Part shown: in pieces, positions 10,248 to 23,064 of the stretch | Layout: each line of letters starts with the position of its first letter | Position numbering within the stretch: the first letter of the stretch is position 1 | NCBI RefSeq assembly: GCF_001194135.2 | Contig: NC_068981.1 | Location: forward strand, 72,786,469-72,839,318 | Source: Octopus bimaculoides | Taxonomy: Eukaryota | Reading direction: 5' to 3' | DNA length: 52,850 nt | Notes under the pieces: generated by a model | What the model was told of the DNA's origin: nothing | Databases searched by the model: none | The model's input: the letters and a program-made list of their open reading frames with translations, nothing else | Program-made: the position numbers and the translations under genes

Positions 10248-12160
10248 NNNNNNNNNNNNNNNNNNNNNNNNNNNNNNNNNNNNNNNNNNNNNNNNNNNNN
10301 NNNNNNNNNNNNNNNNNNNNNNNNNNNNNNNNNNNNNNNNNNNNNNNNNNNNNNNNNNNNNNNNNNNNNNNNNNNNNNNNNNNNNNNNNNNNNNNNNNNN
10401 NNNNNNNNNNNNNNNNNNNNNNNNNNNNNNNNNNNNNNNNNNNNNNNNNNNNNNNNNNNNNNNNNNNNNNNNNNNNNNNNNNNNNNNNNNNNNNNNNNNN
10501 NNNNNNNNNNNNNNNNNNNNNNNNNNNNNNNNNNNNNNNNNNNNNNNNNNNNNNNNNNNNNNNNNNNNNNNNNNNNNNNNNNNNNNNNNNNNNNNNNNNN
10601 NNNNNNNNNNNNNNNNNNNNNNNNNNNNNNNNNNNNNNNNNNNNNNNNNNNNNNNNNNNNNNNNNNNNNNNNNNNNNNNNNNNNNNNNNNNNNNNNNNNN
10701 NNNNNNNNNNNNNNNNNNNNNNNNNNNNNNNNNNNNNNNNNNNNNNNNNNNNNNNNNNNNNNNNNNNNNNNNNNNNNNNNNNNNNNNNNNNNNNNNNNNN
10801 NNNNNNNNNNNNNNNNNNNCTGAATAAGGTTTGTTTAAGGATGTTGAGTAAAACACCCATGTTTCCAAAGGTGAATTATTCAAACCCCAAAGAATTCCTC
10901 TCAGCACATGGCTATGATGTTCCCCCACTACTTCTGCTCATGATCAGAGATGCACATATCATCAGCCACCAAGGGAATGCTCAACTGGTTAAGGTCAAAC
11001 AACTGACAAGCAAATCTGTGGTATTGAGCAGAATATTTGCTGTATCCCATATTTTATACCAAGACAAAACAACGTACATGATAACACTTCCAATCAATTA
11101 AGATCAGAAGCCATGAGAGCCACTGCCTGGTACTACATATCGTTGTTATTATTATCTGTAGTGGGTGATAAAGAAGGTGCGAAAATTTATTAACTTCATT
11201 AACTTCGAACATAATCATTACTTTAACTGAATAGGTTTGTGGTTGCATCTTGGATGTCTAAGGACTCCAATGTCTCTTATACTTATGTATTCTCTTGTAA
11301 TCTCCTGCTTTTGGATTACAAACGTGTGTATGTGTGTATGTGTGTGTGCAGATACTTGTATCTATGTATTATATAATCCCATGACGCTTAAATATTAATG
11401 TACTTACATATACAAATATAAATACATTATAATACATCCCTGATTATGTACACAAAAGCCTAAGTTAATCGGCACATGTTTAGTTTTGCCACGTTTCGTT
11501 TACATTTCCATGGACTCTTCTATACTCAACCATATCTGCAGCTTGTTTGTATTCATTGTGCAATATTGCAGATAAATACCTTCATTTAGAATATATTGGG
11601 AAAAGTATTTATCGAATTAATCAACGTTAATGATCACATAACTTTGAAATAATCTTCTAGTAACCCGCATCGTATTTCATCCTAATCATCTATGACTTAA
11701 TTATACTTCCTAATGGCGAAAATATAACAGAAATATAGAGGAAGGAAGAACAAATCAAATTCAACGGGAGAATTTATTCAATGTGGAAACATCAAGGTTA
11801 ATTAATTGCAAATCTTCAAGATGCTGTTACCTTTATGTTTATGCATAGACATTGGCATAAATACGTGAATGAAAATACATGGATTTTTCTTCTCTTGTAT
11901 TATCGTTTCGAGAGTGAAAATGTGTGTTAGCGACTGAAAGTGTTGTGTTAGCAGTGGCTGTTACAGATAGATAATAGATAATATTTATGTAACGGCAATA
12001 TACTCTAGTTGGTGTGTCAGTTCCCCTGTCCACGGAACTCACGGTGATTTGGATTCTACTGTATCAAGATTGCTCATTTCACGCTACAGATAAAGCAGAT
12101 TCAAATTAACCTCAGCTCTCCATACACATTTACAGGGGTAGTGGGTAGGCAGATACTTAT

Positions 12161-12212
<52 letters not shown>

Positions 12213-12518
12213 ATCTGGGTGCGTATGTTACCTATTTGACGTTCTAATATGATGTTATTGTTAAGTGTAAGTAACTGGATCTTTTGTGGGTCATAATAAT
12301 CTGTTGCTGTAATGAGGCATACTGAACGTATTAGATGCGGTAGTGATGTAGTAAAAACACAATTCAATATTTATCTACACAGACGGCAAAATTGATATGG
12401 TATTCGGCACATTATCCATGCTTTTTTAAAGCTGAAACTTTACTAAAAAGGTGATTGAGACCCGAGTCTGTAACAAAGCATGTAAATGTCGATTTCAATG
12501 TTTAAACAATACGAGGTG

Positions 12519-12569
<51 letters not shown>

Positions 12570-12579
12570 CGCGCGCGTT

Positions 12580-13098
12580 TTTGTATTAGAAAATATGAGC
12601 TCAATCTGAACGACAAATGTATTTTTGCTGGCAGTAGAAAAATTCGCCGAGAATATCTAACACCACAATTCACTGGTACCACATTCTTTCTTCTTCATGT
12701 TTCTGCACTTTAGTGTCTAATGAAAGACAAATAAGGACACTTTAAAGAAGAGTAGACGTTTTCTGTTGAAAGACCTGTACGTATGCAGATGACGGTTTAT
12801 TGTGTGAGTGCGCCTGTAGTAGTTAAGTGTTCTGTATAGATCGTAGCTTCGTACAAAACAGCAGCCTTCTGCTTTTCATTTCGTTGTGTTATAGCCTGGT
12901 CACTCAAATGAGTTAGATATTAGGCAGTGCAGGAACAGTGATGTAATTTTGTCTAATCCTCGCAAGATTTTAATGTTTAGACTTTAAGGAAGTAATTCTT
13001 ATCACCTATTTTAGATGACAAATAGAGACAGCTAAACGTTTTTACAAATATCGGGTTTGTTGATACTGCAATAATTGAGTTTCTAGCTACAGTGATAC

Positions 13099-13172
<74 letters not shown>

Positions 13173-13742
13173 CGGGCGCGTGTGTATATGATATATATAT
13201 ATGTGTGTGTAGACACGGATAGATAGATAAATCTTTATACTTACATGTGTGTGTGTGTGTGTATGTACCTGAATGTATGTATGTATATGTATCGAGAATT
13301 TTGATAATTCGGATCAACTAATTTCTATAATTAACACATTCGGTTAATAAATTGCTAACGCATTGGGTATGTTCGATTTTTATGCTACAAGACCACGAAA
13401 TAAAGAGCATAGATTTCATCCTACCGTAGTTAGTTGCCGACGAAATATCAAAAATTATTTACTTCTCTCCAACAGTTCTTTCCATCCTGTTGGCGAAGGT
13501 AACTTATAAAAAAGAAAATCGTTTGTGATTGCTCAGTGATTTTAAGTAACTTTAATTTAAGCACATAGTTTATTAATTAGTAGAATGCTGGATGAATTCG
13601 AAGCCGTGTAACTTCAGGAGACTTTTGGGATCTTTGTGGTTTTCGTCACTGTACCTTTAAAAAAATTTTTGGGATCTTTGTATTAGAAAATATGAGCTCA
13701 ATCTGAACGACAAATGTATTTTTGCTGGCAGTAGAAAAATTC
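12580..13742 (+). repeat. Exact 66-nt direct copy: 12580-12645 duplicated at 13677-13742
   Basis: tttgtattagaaaatatgagctcaatctgaacgacaaatgtatttttgctggcagtagaaaaattc is identical at both sites. Confidence 0.95.
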
Positions 13743-14787
13743 TTTAGAAAAATTCTTTGTGGTTTTCGTCACTGTACCTTTAAAAAACTTTTTTAATGTA
13801 TCATATAAATGTAAATTTTGATGCTGAATCCGAATTTGTTATTTATTTATTTCAGAAAGATATTGCAAAAAACTTAAAGGTGTTCAAAGTTTGAAAATTT
13901 TCAGAATTTTCAGCCAATCAGAAAACAGCACGTTCGCTCTATCTCTTCCATCATGGGGGGGGGAGGCATCACCATGTCAAAATATTGCTAGAAATAACAG
14001 TCAAAACATTAAAATATACACGAATGAATGTAACATTAAAACATTCGCGAGCAAATTAAATATTTAAAAGCTACGAACAAACAAACCAACAGGAGTTGCT
14101 AGAAATAACAGTCAAATTGGTGTTTAAAACACACATTTATTAGTTTTTAAAAAAATCAAGAACGAAAGTTTATAATACACTCTAGGATTTTATAAAATAA
14201 ACTAGCTGGCTCTGTGCTGTCAAAAATGACGGCTAATTGTAATATTTTATATATAAATATGGATGGCAAATCAAATTAATACACTTGTCAATGTTATCTA
14301 GTAGTTGTCTTTTAAGATGTGACATCGATCATCGTTTGTTACGCGCACACACACACACACACACACAAACATTCACATACCGCCCTTTTAAGGGTACACA
14401 CATATACACACAGAGTTGAAATGCTCCCACTACCAGTTTGACATCACCCCTTCCTTTCTCATTTATATGTTGTGACGGAGAAAGACACTTGGGTATTGTT
14501 ATAGTAGAGGATTAGCTTTCTTGTATCCCCTACTCCTCCTTGTGCTCATGCGCAGCATCATTGGTTACTATGAAAACAAATTTTCGCCACGGTAACGTGT
14601 AAAATACTCGCTTCTGATTGGCTAAAATACCCAAATTTTGAAAATTTTAAAGGCTAATAACTTTTTAATTATGGATTTATAAGCAAAATGAACTTCATTT
14701 TCATAACTAGAATGCAAAACATAATCCGTATAGCAAATTTGAAAGCAAAAGCAAATAAAACAAAACTGACGAAAACCACAAAGATCC
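13628..14787. mobile_element. Foldback/MITE-like DNA element with long imperfect inverted arms
   Basis: ggatctttgtggttttcgtca (13628-13648) is the exact reverse complement of 14767-14787. Inner agccaatcagaa (13912-13923) pairs with 14612-14623. No transposase seen and target duplication not identified. Confidence 0.65.
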
Positions 14788-15734
14788 GACTTTTCTATCC
14801 GTTTGTGAATAATTTGCAAGACTTCTGCCGCAGTCTTTAACTGTTGTCTCTCTGAACGGGACACAATCAGAGACAGCTAACCAATTGCCATTGATCTCAT
14901 TTGTGTTTCATACAGGTATTTTTTTTTATATATTTAGAACAGCCAGAAGTAGCCAATAAGCTATTGGCTTTCTTTCCTCTTCGCTCTCTTACGACAAAAC
15001 ATTTTTTCTGAAACTCCAAATTGTAATGGCGAACAAAAACTTAATATGCAGAATTTATGATTACTAACCAAGTATTCCAGCTACTGTTTCATATTGCTTG
15101 TGTTAGTTTCTTTCTTTTATCGCTCTCATTGCTATTATCTACTTTATTTCTTGGTTTTCTATAGTATTTTTAAAAAAACCTATCTCATGAATGGGAGAGT
15201 TATGTGCTTTCTTTAAATAGATCGCAAAATGGCCATTTTATTGGCTAGCACGAAATAAAGATGTCATATCATTTTTGATGGATATTGTGCACAATATCAT
15301 ATGTCTAGTGTTCTTTTCATAATGACTATTATTTAACTCATAGATTAGGACAGCACTGCAAATCGATTTATGAATTTCTATTGTTGGGCTACTATTTCTT
15401 GCATAAGTGTGTGTGTGTATTTATATTTATATATATATATATGCACATACATACATATGCATATATATTCATGAGTGTATATGTATATATATATACACAA
15501 ACACACACACACACGCACATATATATATATAATGAAATATAGTGCATGTTTCATTATTTTAAAAAGCGGGCCACTGCATGTTTTACTATATAACCGTCTT
15601 AATATATAACCAGCAAGCTACCTACCCGCCTGCCTACCTACCCGCCTACCTACCTACCTACCTACCTACCTACCTACCTACCTACCAACCAACCTACCTA
15701 CCTACCTACCTGCCTACATACATACATACATACA

Positions 15735-15767
<33 letters not shown>

Positions 15768-17258
15768 GCATACATGCTCACCTGCATGCATGCATTGATA
15801 CATATATACATATAAGTCTATTTCCGTATTTATTTGTATGTCTATGTATATATACAAGTAATATGTATTTTGGTAAATGTCTTCAGATTATAATATTATA
15901 ATATAATCATTATATATATATATATATATATATNNNNNNNNNNNNNNNNNNNNNNNNNNNNNNNNNNNNNNNNNNNNNNNNNNNNNNNNNNNNNNNNNNN
16001 NNNNNNNNNNNNNNNNNNNNNNNNNNNNNNNNNNNNNNNNNNNNNNNNNNNNNNNNNNNNNNNNNNNNNNNNNNNNNNNNNNNNNNNNNNNNNNNNNNNN
16101 NNNNNNNNNNNNNNNNNNNNNNNNNNNNNNNNNNNNNNNNNNNNNNNNNNNNNNNNNNNNNNNNNNNNNNNNNNNNNNNNNNNNNNNNNNNNNNNNNNNN
16201 NNNNNNNNNNNNNNNNNNNNNNNNNNNNNNNNNNNNNNNNNNNNNNNNNNNNNNNNNNNNNNNNNNNNNNNNNNNNNNNNNNNNNNNNNNNNNNNNNNNN
16301 NNNNNNNNNNNNNNNNNNNNNNNNNNNNNNNNNNNNNNNNNNNNNNNNNNNNNNNNNNNNNNNNNNNNNNNNNNNNNNNNNNNNNNNNNNNNNNNNNNNN
16401 NNNNNNNNNNNNNNNNNNNNNNNNNNNNNNNNNNNNNNNNNNNNNNNNNNNNNNNNNNNNNNNNNNNNNNNNNNNNNNNNNNNNNNNNNNNNNNNNNNNN
16501 NNNNNNNNNNNNNNNNNNNNNNNNNNNNNNNNNNNNNNNNNNNNNNNNNNNNNNNNNNNNNNNNNNNNNNNNNNNNNNNNNNNNNNNNNNNNNNNNNNNN
16601 NNNNNNNNNNNNNNNNNNNNNNNNNNNNNNNNNNNNNNNNNNNNNNNNNNNNNNNNNNNNNNNNNNNNNNNNNNNNNNNNNNNNNNNNNNNNNNNNNNNN
16701 NNNNNNNNNNNNNNNNNNNNNNNNNNNNNNNNNNNNNNNNNNNNNNNNNNNNNNNNNNNNNNNNNNNNNNNNNNNNNNNNNNNNNNNNNNNNNNNNNNNN
16801 NNNNNNNNNNNNNNNNNNNNNNNNNNNNNNNNNNNNNNNNNNNNNNNNNNNNNNNNNNNNNNNNNNNNNNNNNNNNNNNNNNNNNNNNNNNNNNNNNNNN
16901 NNNNNNNNTTTTTTTTCCCGTATTACAGTAGAAACATTATATCTTATCTATAGTAAATGTTTCTAATTAATATAATTTCCTTTTCGTAATATCATCAAGT
17001 TGTCAGGCTCTAATCAGTTTTGTCTGAAATGATTAGTCAATACAATTGGTTCTTTTAAATTGTCTGAGGTTGATAGGCAGTGATTAATTATTGAGTTGTA
17101 CAATCCGGTGTCTTGAATGAATGTTTGTAATGCTAAGTATAGGCTGGAAGTTTTAGAGAAGGGATACAGTTCTCAGTTGGAAAAATCCGGTTGGGTATTA
17201 GTAGAAAATCTGAGATGGTATGAAAAAAGAAGTAACAAATTCATGTGGTAGAAAGAGA

Positions 17259-17329
<71 letters not shown>

Positions 17330-17989
17330 TAGATGAGAATGAGATAATGTGGCCAATTCCATTGAATCTGAAATCATTTAGTATCGACTGGAACTATATA
17401 ACAGGACTAACAGCTGATTATCTTGAAAAAGTATTGACTACAAAACGAAGGTCAGTTCGAATTTTGTTATGGGCATTGCTCTTTATTTGTGAGCAAGATA
17501 CTTAATTCTAAACGTCAGTCCAGTTAGCAGTATATAGTTATCCTGTGGAAGAAACAATTATCCGATTTTAAGTAGCTACTGTACTACAAAATAAACAGGT
17601 GTTTCAATAGTTTGTGGAATCAAGTTCACCTCTGTTGAAAAATTGGTTTATAAAAAGGGTCTTATTCTAAATATGCTTCATGGAGTTGAAAACTACTCTG
17701 ATACATGTTACCTTAAGGAACTCGCTACGAAATATAAATTTGTGTTTGTATAAGTTTTTGCATTATGTTTTCAGTAATTGTAATTTTAAAGTGAATTTTG
17801 AATGTTTGTGTGTAATATAGCCTTCATTAAAGTAAATAAAAATAAAAATAGTCTCATGAATATATTTTGTATTATTTATAGTTAATATATATNNNNNNNN
17901 NNNNNNNNNNNNNNNNNNNNNNNNNNNNNNNNNNNNNNNNNNNNNNNNNNNNNNNNNNNNNNNNNNNNNNNNNNNNNNNNNNNNNNNNN

Positions 17990-18020
<31 letters not shown>

Positions 18021-18474
18021 CATGCACACACACATACTGGCTATTGTATTGTCACATGAATTCATTTTGCCAAATTATTGATCGGTTCTGTTAATCCAAC
18101 ATCCAATTCCTCAAGTACATTCTAAGAAAATTACTTCTCAGCGTGGTATAATTAACTGATTTTTTTCCCCCCAGTATTCGATATTACCATTTCCATTTTT
18201 AAATCAGTAACTGTTATGCCATATTTTCAAGTTTCTGAACTCTTTTTCGATTATTTCCTGAAGTTTTAATATGATACATCTCAGAGAAAGTCTATTCTCA
18301 GCCTCCATACATATATGTAGAACATATTCGTAGAAATTCATTACCTATGTCTCTCTATCTCTCTTTCTCCCTCTCTCGCTCTTCCTCTCTTGATGCATCT
18401 AACCCTCTTCATCTAATTCTCCTCCTCTCTCCTCTCTTCCCTCTCACACTTACTCCCACCATCACTATATATAT

Positions 18475-18521
<47 letters not shown>

Positions 18522-18639
18522 NNNNNNNNNNNNNNNNNNNNNNNNNNNNNNNNNNNNNNNNNNNNNNNNNNNNNNNNNNNNNNNNNNNNNNNNNNNNNNN
18601 NNNNNNNNNNNNNNNNNNNNNNNNNNNNNNNNNNNNNNT

Positions 18640-18671
<32 letters not shown>

Positions 18672-18673
18672 TG

Positions 18674-18734
<61 letters not shown>

Positions 18735-18899
18735 TAATGCGCGCGCGCGTGTGTGTGTATGTGTGTGTGTGTGTGTGTGATTCATCCTTCTCCACATATG
18801 ATTCCCGTCTTCTTGTGCTTTCTTATTGTCAATAACATTTCTGACTTTGGGCCATTGAGTAATGTACCACTCTTTGGATCTCCGTGATTAGTACCTAAT

Positions 18900-19210
18900 G
18901 ACATGGGAAAGCGAGATTCTCGCTCTCCTAAAAGGATACTATAACAACAACTAAGGAACCCTTACTCCCGATAGTTTTAAAGCGCATCCTGACACCTATC
19001 AAGGGTGTTTCTGCGTCCCTGCTCTCAGATGGCATGTTATCACATATGCTAGTTAGCCCATAACTGGAACACGAACAGGTATTACTATTCCAGGTCAGAA
19101 TAGACTGGGTAGAATACTGGCTAACAAGTGGTTCTATACTCCTCGAAACCCTTGAATTTCCTAACCAGAATCCCACTACCGAATGCAGTTTAAAGTCATA
19201 GCCCGGACGG
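18900..19210 (-). mobile_element. Possible degenerate interspersed repeat
   Basis: Higher-GC island that resembles a repeat I recall from octopus sequence. There is only one copy in the window, so it is not verifiable here. Confidence 0.3.
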
Positions 19211-21286
19211 ATACATACATACATATACATTCATGCATGCATGCACGCATCCACGCATACATACATACATGCATACATACATACAAACATACATACATAC
19301 ATACATACAAACATACATACATACATACATACATACATACCCCCACCACCGCCAGATATATGAAGTTGTGTGCATCTTTGTACGAGTATAACAAATATAT
19401 GATTGTATATTTTATGAATGTACATGCAGTATTACCTTTTTGTAGTTTTATTTTCTATTTCTAACTATACTATTAGTATCAACAACCAGACCGTAGAGTT
19501 CAATGAAATATTTTCATTTTATTATTACCTATAAAACAGAATAAGCGGTTCAATAACATTTGAATGTGTTTTTATAGAGTGTATATAGCACTCTCTGAAA
19601 CTTTAATAACATACGTTGATAGCAAAAGACAAATCCAGAAAAATTTGTGAAAAGGTTTTCACAGAATTATTTTTTCATTTTTTGTAATATGACAGCTATT
19701 CTATGAAGATGTCTGGAAGATGTCTGGAGATAATATTCAAAATGTCATGTATATTAATTGTGTATAAGAGAGACACTGATGCCATCTTGTTTTTTTAAAT
19801 TTTTATAGTGTTGAATTAAGCGTCCAATATCTACCCCTCACGCTTACCGCATACTAAAGACCTGCGTTTACTGTTTATTCGATTTCTTCGCTTGACTGCA
19901 AATAAATGCGGTTATTCTGCGTCTGACAGTATTGTTTAGAGCTTATCATACGACTGGATGCTATCATAAAAATGTGACGTGTATGTGAAGTTCGACATTT
20001 CATACAAGAGATTTAACAACAGCATAACGCCTACCTGAATCTAATCATACAATTAGATATCCTACTAATATAATAAATACTTAGAAAATATACTTTTTGC
20101 AATTGTATTCTGAGCGAAAGAACATTATCTATAACGCAGTTAGTTTAAGTGTTTAAAAAAACTGAACGTTTCTTATCAAACGAAGAACAATATTTCAGTA
20201 GCAGCCAGTTTTTTGGATTTTTTTTTTCAAAGTGACTTTCCAACAATTTTCTTTAATAATGATACAGGAAGTACTTGAACACAATACAAACAGCTTAATA
20301 TGAACTTTAAAATTATGATGAAAAAAGGGTCACTTTATCCTTTCTGCCATTCCAAAACTCCTTATAATGCACGGTGTAACTCACTAGTATCTTACTATTT
20401 TAGTTGGTTTTCAGATTTTTCCAATGACAATTTCCAAGCTCATGCAATAACACTCTTCTCAATCTCTCCGTCTTTACCTGTCCTCGTAACATGTGCACCC
20501 AGTCATCATTCAACTCCAGCAAATCGATTATTGCAGACATTTGACTAAAATAATACACTCTATACCTGGCTTCTACTCTTGTAAAATTTTCAATATTTTT
20601 CTGTCTCTGGAGAAATTTATTCCAATTTATAGAAAGTGGCTAGAAGTAGACTGGTTGATTACTCTCACTTTCTGTACCTCAAAGGTGAAAGAAACAGGAA
20701 CAATCTCAACGATAAAACTTCTGCGTGTGAGTGTATGTGTGTGTGTATGTGTGTATGTGTGTATATATGAAAACACTCAGTGATATATGGTATATCGGTG
20801 TGTAAGTGATTGTATAAGTATGAGCTAATAGATGAATGTATTTTGCGTAATGGTACAGTTTGGCATGTGCAGAATAACATGTTGAAACTGAAGAAATAAA
20901 CAGACAACGTGCACATTGCAACTCGTGTCGAACGTGATAACAAACTCATACTGAGTAAAGAAGAAGCCATGGATGTTGTAGCAAGGAAATCTAGATTTAA
21001 TTGCGTAGACAGCAACTGAGCATCGCCTGAGGAGATACATATAGATCTTATACAGATAAATCGTTACACAATTTAATTTAAACTTAACTTTAAATCCTGT
21101 ATATACGAGGATCTGTATGTATCGAAACATTTGTAGTGATTAAAAAGCTACCTAACTGTACTTATTCTTCCTTTTGACTCTTTTACTTTTTACTTTTTTT
21201 ATTTTCACACACGAGGAGTACCTAAAACTAGAATTGGTAGCATACCATAAGAACACTACTGGCTATTTTGGAATTCTAGGGGTGAA

Positions 21287-21338
<52 letters not shown>

Positions 21339-21359
21339 TTATATGTACGTGTCAACGTG

Positions 21360-21574
21360 TGTGTCTTTGTTTCCACCACCACCAATTGACAACCAGTGTC
21401 GGTATGTTTATGTCCCCCAGAACTTAGCGGCTTTGGCCAAAGAGACCCAGAGGATAAGTACCATGCTTTAAAAAAAAATGAGTACTGGGGTCGAAGCATT
21501 CAACTAAAAATTTCTTACGGCGGTGTCTCAGCATGACCACAGTCAAATGACTGAAACAAGTAAAGGATAAAAGA
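21360..21574 (+). mobile_element. 3' half of SINE family B
   Basis: ttgacaaccagtgtcggtatgtttatgtcccc...ggataagtacc...gtactggggtcga...cagtcaaatgactgaaacaagtaaaggataaaag matches 5835-6015 and 44980-45157. Confidence 0.8.
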
Positions 21575-22888
21575 AGGGTGCAATCCTACAATGTTTTGTC
21601 CAATCATTTCTCCGAAAGCTGCAGCCCGCAGAAATACCTTCTCTTCCTACGATTCTCTTAGAGACGTTGACTTACTGATGTTCAGGCAATACCGACTGCA
21701 TCGACCGTACTAATATAGGGGAGTCTACAAACGCTTGAGTACAGCTTCTCTTTTGATTTATGAATTTAAAAACAATAAGAATACTAATACAATAATAATA
21801 CCAATGTGAGCTTTAGGTTAGAGTACACTGTGTCAATCATTCCAACCAAATCTACCTGACTATATTGAGCTTATGACTGAATATATTAGTTACACAACAA
21901 CATGACGTGTCATAAATTCAAATGCCTGTTATGATATTAGCAATACTCTTTCCTTTAATAATCCACTTAATTATTGGAAATATGTTTATTCTAACTGACT
22001 GCTAACATCAAAACGCAGTTTACAATCTACTAGAAAAACATAGTTTTGATTTAATCTTCTTATTTGGTAGAATCTTCTAAGAAAATATTTCTTGCTTGGC
22101 TTAGTTTGAAAAGCTTTTGGTTCTTGACAGAGCTTAAGAGTTTACATATGTCAGCTATATAATAGGAAGTTGTTTCAATCGAGCTGAAGTATCATAAGCG
22201 TGTCGAGTGAGCTCTTGAATTAAAATTGAAAACAATCATGTAAGTTTGTAAGAAATTAACTCCCGTTTTCTCATTCTTTCTTGTTTAGTTTTTGTTTTGT
22301 ATTAACAATAACTTGACATACATTCAAGTGTCGCAATCTATTGTTTTATATTCATTTGTTATTGATCTGAAATTAAACCAGAGATTTATCTATTATCGAT
22401 ATAACGCAGGAAATAAATATACGCCATATATATTTCATGTCTTTATTGGTTTTCTTTTCATGTAGCATATTAGTAGTAGAACGAGTTATATCAGAAGTCC
22501 ATATGTTCCGTTTGGATGTAATTTCAAATGTCAAGTCTGTATTCCAATCATTTCTTTTCAATTGGTTGTATTTAAAGTTCATGCATAAATTATTAATTTT
22601 CGTGCTGTCCAGTATAGTTCGTTAACTATGTGACATAATGACATACTGCATTTATTTTCTGTATTCAGGATATTCAACATACTGCTACACTACTTTCTAT
22701 CCAAGTTCTTGCGTAAATACTTTAGACTCATTACAACTTATGATGTTTAATCGTAATCTGTTGTCATGTGAATTCCCTTCTATTCCTTTTAACGCGTTGT
22801 TTCCTCCCAATTATCATATTAACACTTCCATCCTGCATACCCCTAATATGACATTTTCTTATAACCTATATTATATTACCTCGGTTAG

Positions 22889-23064
<176 letters not shown>

